A stretch of DNA of 64,000 bases, from NCBI GenBank assembly GCA_012842395.1, contig DUSX01000020.1, forward strand, positions 43,413 to 107,412, written 5' to 3'. Positions 60,929 to 64,000 of this stretch are shown here, in pieces (the stretch's first letter is position 1; every line of letters begins with the position of its first letter). This stretch comes from Bacillota bacterium. Lineage in GTDB: Bacteria; Bacillota; SHA-98; UBA4971. The notes beneath the pieces were generated by a model. It worked only from the letters and a program-made list of their open reading frames with translations. It made no database searches and was not told the origin of the DNA. The position numbers and the translations under genes are program-made.

Positions 60929-61472
60929 TCCCGCATCCCTCCCAATCTTAAGACTCGGTCCGCGTTCATCCGGAACGGTTCCCTAAGCACCCCTGTGCTC
61001 TCGGCTTGTTCATCACCTCCGTGGAAGTGTAGGTCCTGCGAAAGGCGACGCTCCAGAGCGGCAGAGGTGCCGCCCCAGCCACGCGACGCCGCCTCTGGCG
61101 GTCTTGGGGCGTATCTCGAGGACACCTGGGCCACGCGCCCCGCGGCGCCCGCCGATACCAGAGGGCGGAATCGGCGTTTCGGGCGCCTTCGCAGACTCGG
61201 ACAGACTCGGCAGTGTCCTAAGCACTGTCCTACCGCCTGAGATTACCACCCGCGTCATGTCGATCCCTTCAGTGAAGCGCGTCGATTCACAATTTTCTTT
61301 TTGTTACTAATAAATGCTTAGAATCGAAATGCTTGGATTGATGCAGACGGAACTAGTGGGTTCGTCACGCGTGTCGTCGGGACCGCGATTGCAGAGTGCA
61401 ATACGGATTTAGTGTCGAGAAGCAGACAAAGGTGGCGGCCGATCCCTTTTCATGCCCTAGCAGACTTAGGTA

Positions 61473-61501
61473 TTGACTTCCTCTATGCCTCAGGATATAC
61501 T
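61473..61501 (+). promoter_or_regulatory. Near-consensus sigma70-type promoter of vapBC, lying inside the 5' end of the track ORF
   Basis: TTGACT (61473-61478), 17 nt of spacer, then TATACT (61496-61501). The ORF track's TTG start codon is the -35 box. Confidence 0.6.
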
Positions 61502-61505
61502 TCAT

Positions 61506-61943
61506 ATGGTGATGCGTATGATGAAGTCACATGACGGTTCATTGAAACCGATCACAGTACGTATCCCGCGGGACGAGTATGAACGCTTGAGAAGGCACGC
61601 TGCTGCTCGCGATATTTCCTTGAACTCCGTAGTAGCTGAAGCCATCGCCGAGTATGAGGCGAGGGTCGAGCGTCGCGAGGCCATTGACCGGATACGTGCC
61701 TTGCAGCGTCGGCTTCGCGACGCTCACAAACAAGGCACCGACTCTGTGGAGTTGCTTCGCCAGATACGGCAGGTCCGTGCTGATCAGCAGCCGCTCGATG
61801 GCAAGCCGCGCGCAGCCCACGAGGAAGCCGTGAACCGCAGGCCGCACGCTGGCGGGATCGATGGCGCAAGCGGTGGCGAAAGCGACAACGCGAGCGAGGG
61901 CGGGAGCAATGACGGGACCGATGTCGGGAGGCGGAAACGATGA
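61506..61943 (+). CDS. vapB: Ribbon-helix-helix antitoxin (VapB-like) with a long disordered acidic/Gly-rich tail
   Basis: ...KPITVRIPRDEYERLRRHAAARDISLNSVVAEAIAEY. There is a 4-nt ATGA overlap with the PIN gene. The true start is probably one of the ATGs at 61506-61521 (short or leaderless 5' UTR). Confidence 0.7.
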   Translation: MVMRMMKSHDGSLKPITVRIPRDEYERLRRHAAARDISLNSVVAEAIAEYEARVERREAIDRIRALQRRLRDAHKQGTDSVELLRQIRQVRADQQPLDGKPRAAHEEAVNRRPHAGGIDGASGGESDNASEGGSNDGTDVGRRKR

Positions 61944-62350
61944 TGGTCTGCGTGGACGCGAGCCTGGTCTTGAAGTGCTTGACGTACGAGGCTGGGAGCG
62001 ACGAGGCCATCGCGTGGCTTGCCACACATGCCGACGTTCAGTTCATCGCGCCGGCGCACCTCCCTATGGAGGTCGCCTCGGTTCTACGCCAGAAGGCGCG
62101 TCGGGGCGAGATCACCCGCGAGGACGGTGTGGAAGCGCTGCGACTCCTGAACTCCCTCAACATCAGCCTCGCGTGGGACCAGGAACTCACAGAGACAGCC
62201 TTCGCTCTGGCCTGTGAGCTCGACCAGCCGACAGCCTACGACACCGCTTACCTCGCGCTAGCCGCCAGGGAGCAATGCGAGCTGTGGACGGCAGACTGTC
62301 GCTTCGCCCGCGCCGCGTCACCGAGATATCCGTTTGTCAGGAGCCTATGA
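61940..62350 (+). CDS. vapC: PIN-domain toxin (VapC family)
   Basis: MMVCVDASLVLK... (Asp near the N-terminus), ...PMEVASVL..., ...YDTAYLALA..., ...LWTADCRF (acidic PIN residues at the expected spacing). Confidence 0.8.
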   Translation: MMVCVDASLVLKCLTYEAGSDEAIAWLATHADVQFIAPAHLPMEVASVLRQKARRGEITREDGVEALRLLNSLNISLAWDQELTETAFALACELDQPTAYDTAYLALAAREQCELWTADCRFARAASPRYPFVRSL

Positions 62351-62475
62351 CCGTTTGCACCGTTCGACCCGGATTCTGGAGCGGCACCAGCTGTGGATTT
62401 GCGGCATGAGCTGGCCGTCGCCGAACTCGCGGGCGGTTTACCGTTTTCGGGGCATGCTTCCGGGACGCTTCAGTC

Positions 62476-64000
62476 TTACCGTCCGGACGCGGCACCGTTC
62501 CCCTTCTGGAGCTTGGCCCACTCGTCCTTCAGGTCCACGGTACGGTTGAACACCAGCCGCCTCGCCGCGCTCTCGCCACATGCGCGGTCCCCAGCAGCGC
62601 GTCCCCCGGCCTCCGATGAATCCGGGTCCACGCAGAAATAGCCGAGGCGCTCGAACTGGAACCGGTCGCCAGGCACCGCCCCTGCCAGCGACGGCTCGAC
62701 CTTGCACCCGGTGAGCACCTTCAGGGAGTCCGGGTTCACACACGAGAGGAAATCCTCCTCGGCCCCGGGGTCCTCCTTCGCGAAAAGCCGGTCGTACAGG
62801 CGTACCTCGGCCTCCAGCGCGTGCGTCGCCGACACCCAGTGCAGCGTGGCCTTGACGCGGCGCCCGTCAGGGGCGGAGCCTCCGAGCGTGTCCGGGTCGT
62901 ACGTGCAGTGCAGCTCGGTCACCTCGCCCGTCCTCTCGTCTTTCACCACGTCCGTACACTTGATGAAGTAGGCGTACCTCAGCCTCACCTCGCGTCCGGG
63001 CGCAAGGCGGTAGAACTTCGGCGGCGGGTCTTCCATGAAATCGTCCCGCTCGATGTAGAGCACTCGCGAGAACGGCACCTTTCGCGTGCCCATGGACGGG
63101 TCCTCGGGGTTGTTCACGGCCTCAAGCCACTCCACCTTGTCCTCGGGGTAGTTGTCGATGACCACGCGGAGCGGGCGGAGGACCGCCATCACCCGCCGCG
63201 CCCGCCGGTTCAGGTCCTCACGGACGCAGTGCTCGAGCAAGGCGATGTCCACGACGCTGTTGGCCTTGGCGACGCCGATGCGCTCGCAGAACGTGCGGAT
63301 CGACTCCGGCGTGTAGCCGCGCCGGCGCAGGCCCGAGATGGTGGGCATCCGGGGGTCGTCCCACCCAGACACGATCCCACGCTTCACAAGCTCCAGGAGC
63401 TTGCGCTTGCTCATCACGGTGTAACTGAGGTTGAGCCGGGCGAACTCGATCTGGCGTGGGCGGCTCGGGACGCTCACGTTCTCGATGAGCCAATCGTAAA
63501 GCGGCCGATGGTCTTCGAACTCGAGCGTGCAGATGGAGTGGGTGATTCCCTCCAGCGCGTCGGAGAGTGGATGGGCGAAGTCGTACATTGGGTATATGCA
63601 CCACTTGTCGCCAGTACGGTGGTGAGTGGTCCGCAGGATGCGGTAGAGAACCGGGTCGCGCATGTTGAGGTTTGGCGACGCCATGTCTATCTTCGCCCTC
63701 AGGACCCGCGAGCCGTCGGGGAACTCCCCCGCCCGCATGCGCCGGAAAAGGTCGAGGTTCTCTTCGACCGAACGGTTGCGGTATGGGCTCTCTCTGCCCG
63801 GCTCGGTGAGCGTGCCGCGGTATTCCTTGATCTCATCGGGGCTCAAGTCGCACACGTATGCCTTGCCGGCCTTGATGAGTTCAACCGCAAACTCGTAGAG
63901 CTGCTCGAAATAGTCGGACGCATAGAAGAGCCGGTCCTCCCAGTCGAAGCCCAGCCAGCGTATGTCCTCTTGGATGGATTCGACGTACTCGACGTCCTCC
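62476..64000 (-). CDS. glnS: Glutamine--tRNA ligase (partial; the N-terminus lies beyond the window end)
   Basis: The track ORF 62476-63855 continues open to nt 64000: [53 protein letters not shown]... Downstream are [36 protein letters not shown] and [11 protein letters not shown] (class I KMSKS). Confidence 0.9.
   Translation of the reverse strand, partial: EDVEYVESIQEDIRWLGFDWEDRLFYASDYFEQLYEFAVELIKAGKAYVCDLSPDEIKEYRGTLTEPGRESPYRNRSVEENLDLFRRMRAGEFPDGSRVLRAKIDMASPNLNMRDPVLYRILRTTHHRTGDKWCIYPMYDFAHPLSDALEGITHSICTLEFEDHRPLYDWLIENVSVPSRPRQIEFARLNLSYTVMSKRKLLELVKRGIVSGWDDPRMPTISGLRRRGYTPESIRTFCERIGVAKANSVVDIALLEHCVREDLNRRARRVMAVLRPLRVVIDNYPEDKVEWLEAVNNPEDPSMGTRKVPFSRVLYIERDDFMEDPPPKFYRLAPGREVRLRYAYFIKCTDVVKDERTGEVTELHCTYDPDTLGGSAPDGRRVKATLHWVSATHALEAEVRLYDRLFAKEDPGAEEDFLSCVNPDSLKVLTGCKVEPSLAGAVPGDRFQFERLGYFCVDPDSSEAGGRAAGDRACGESAARRLVFNRTVDLKDEWAKLQKGNGAASGR

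Overview
High-GC bacterial chromosomal segment. Single-line GC spot counts: 73% at 36001-36060, against 55% at 14041-14100 and 43% at 29101-29160. Gene content looks Firmicutes-like: strong GGAGG ribosome-binding sites, HydABC, ECF transporters.

Layout, left to right:
(1) 1-7.4 kb, minus strand: a partial sensory [FeFe]-hydrogenase-like gene (HydS type), missed by the ORF track because it runs off the window edge. It is followed by a small thioredoxin-like 2Fe-2S protein and a hydC-hydB-hydA operon of the NADH-dependent/bifurcating type, with a candidate Rex operator upstream.
(2) 7.8-11.5 kb: an XRE-cupin regulator, a GH130-like glycoside phosphorylase and an orphan sugar-type solute-binding protein.
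(3) tRNA-Leu(CAG) at 12075-12162 opens a lower-GC accessory/defence island of about 23 kb (to about 35.2 kb). It holds a small orphan protein, a hook-less SMC/YhaN-like ATPase and an SbcD/Mre11-like nuclease. It also holds an IS3 OrfA remnant, frameshifted gene fragments, a membrane-anchored DEDDh exonuclease, an MntA-like nucleotidyltransferase with a truncated HepT, and an alpha/beta hydrolase. The island ends with a complete type 3 BREX cluster (brxF-brxC-pglXI-brxHII-pglZ-brxA).
(4) 35.3-41.4 kb: a TPP-riboswitch-controlled cytX-thiD-thiM-thiE-thiL operon.
(5) 41.9-49 kb, the most novel-looking part: a candidate Moco/Tuco riboswitch precedes an operon in which a sulfite-oxidase-fold (molybdopterin-binding-like) domain occurs four times. 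It is fused to a metallophosphoesterase, duplicated in a secreted protein, and fused to an ECF S component. Fused EcfA-A' and EcfT genes follow.
(6) 49-61 kb: a DUF362/4Fe-4S protein, a PorV-like outer-membrane protein and a 3061-aa modular S8 protease with a T9SS-type C-terminal sorting domain.
(7) vapBC and a partial glnS.

A recurring oddity is long Gly/Ala/Pro/Ser-rich low-complexity insertions inside otherwise conserved enzymes (HydB, HydC tail, ThiL, ThiE, EcfA, EcfS, the hydrolase). Many long Arg/Pro-rich ORFs in the track are antisense shadows and were not called. All homology statements come from motif recognition by eye; no searches were run.
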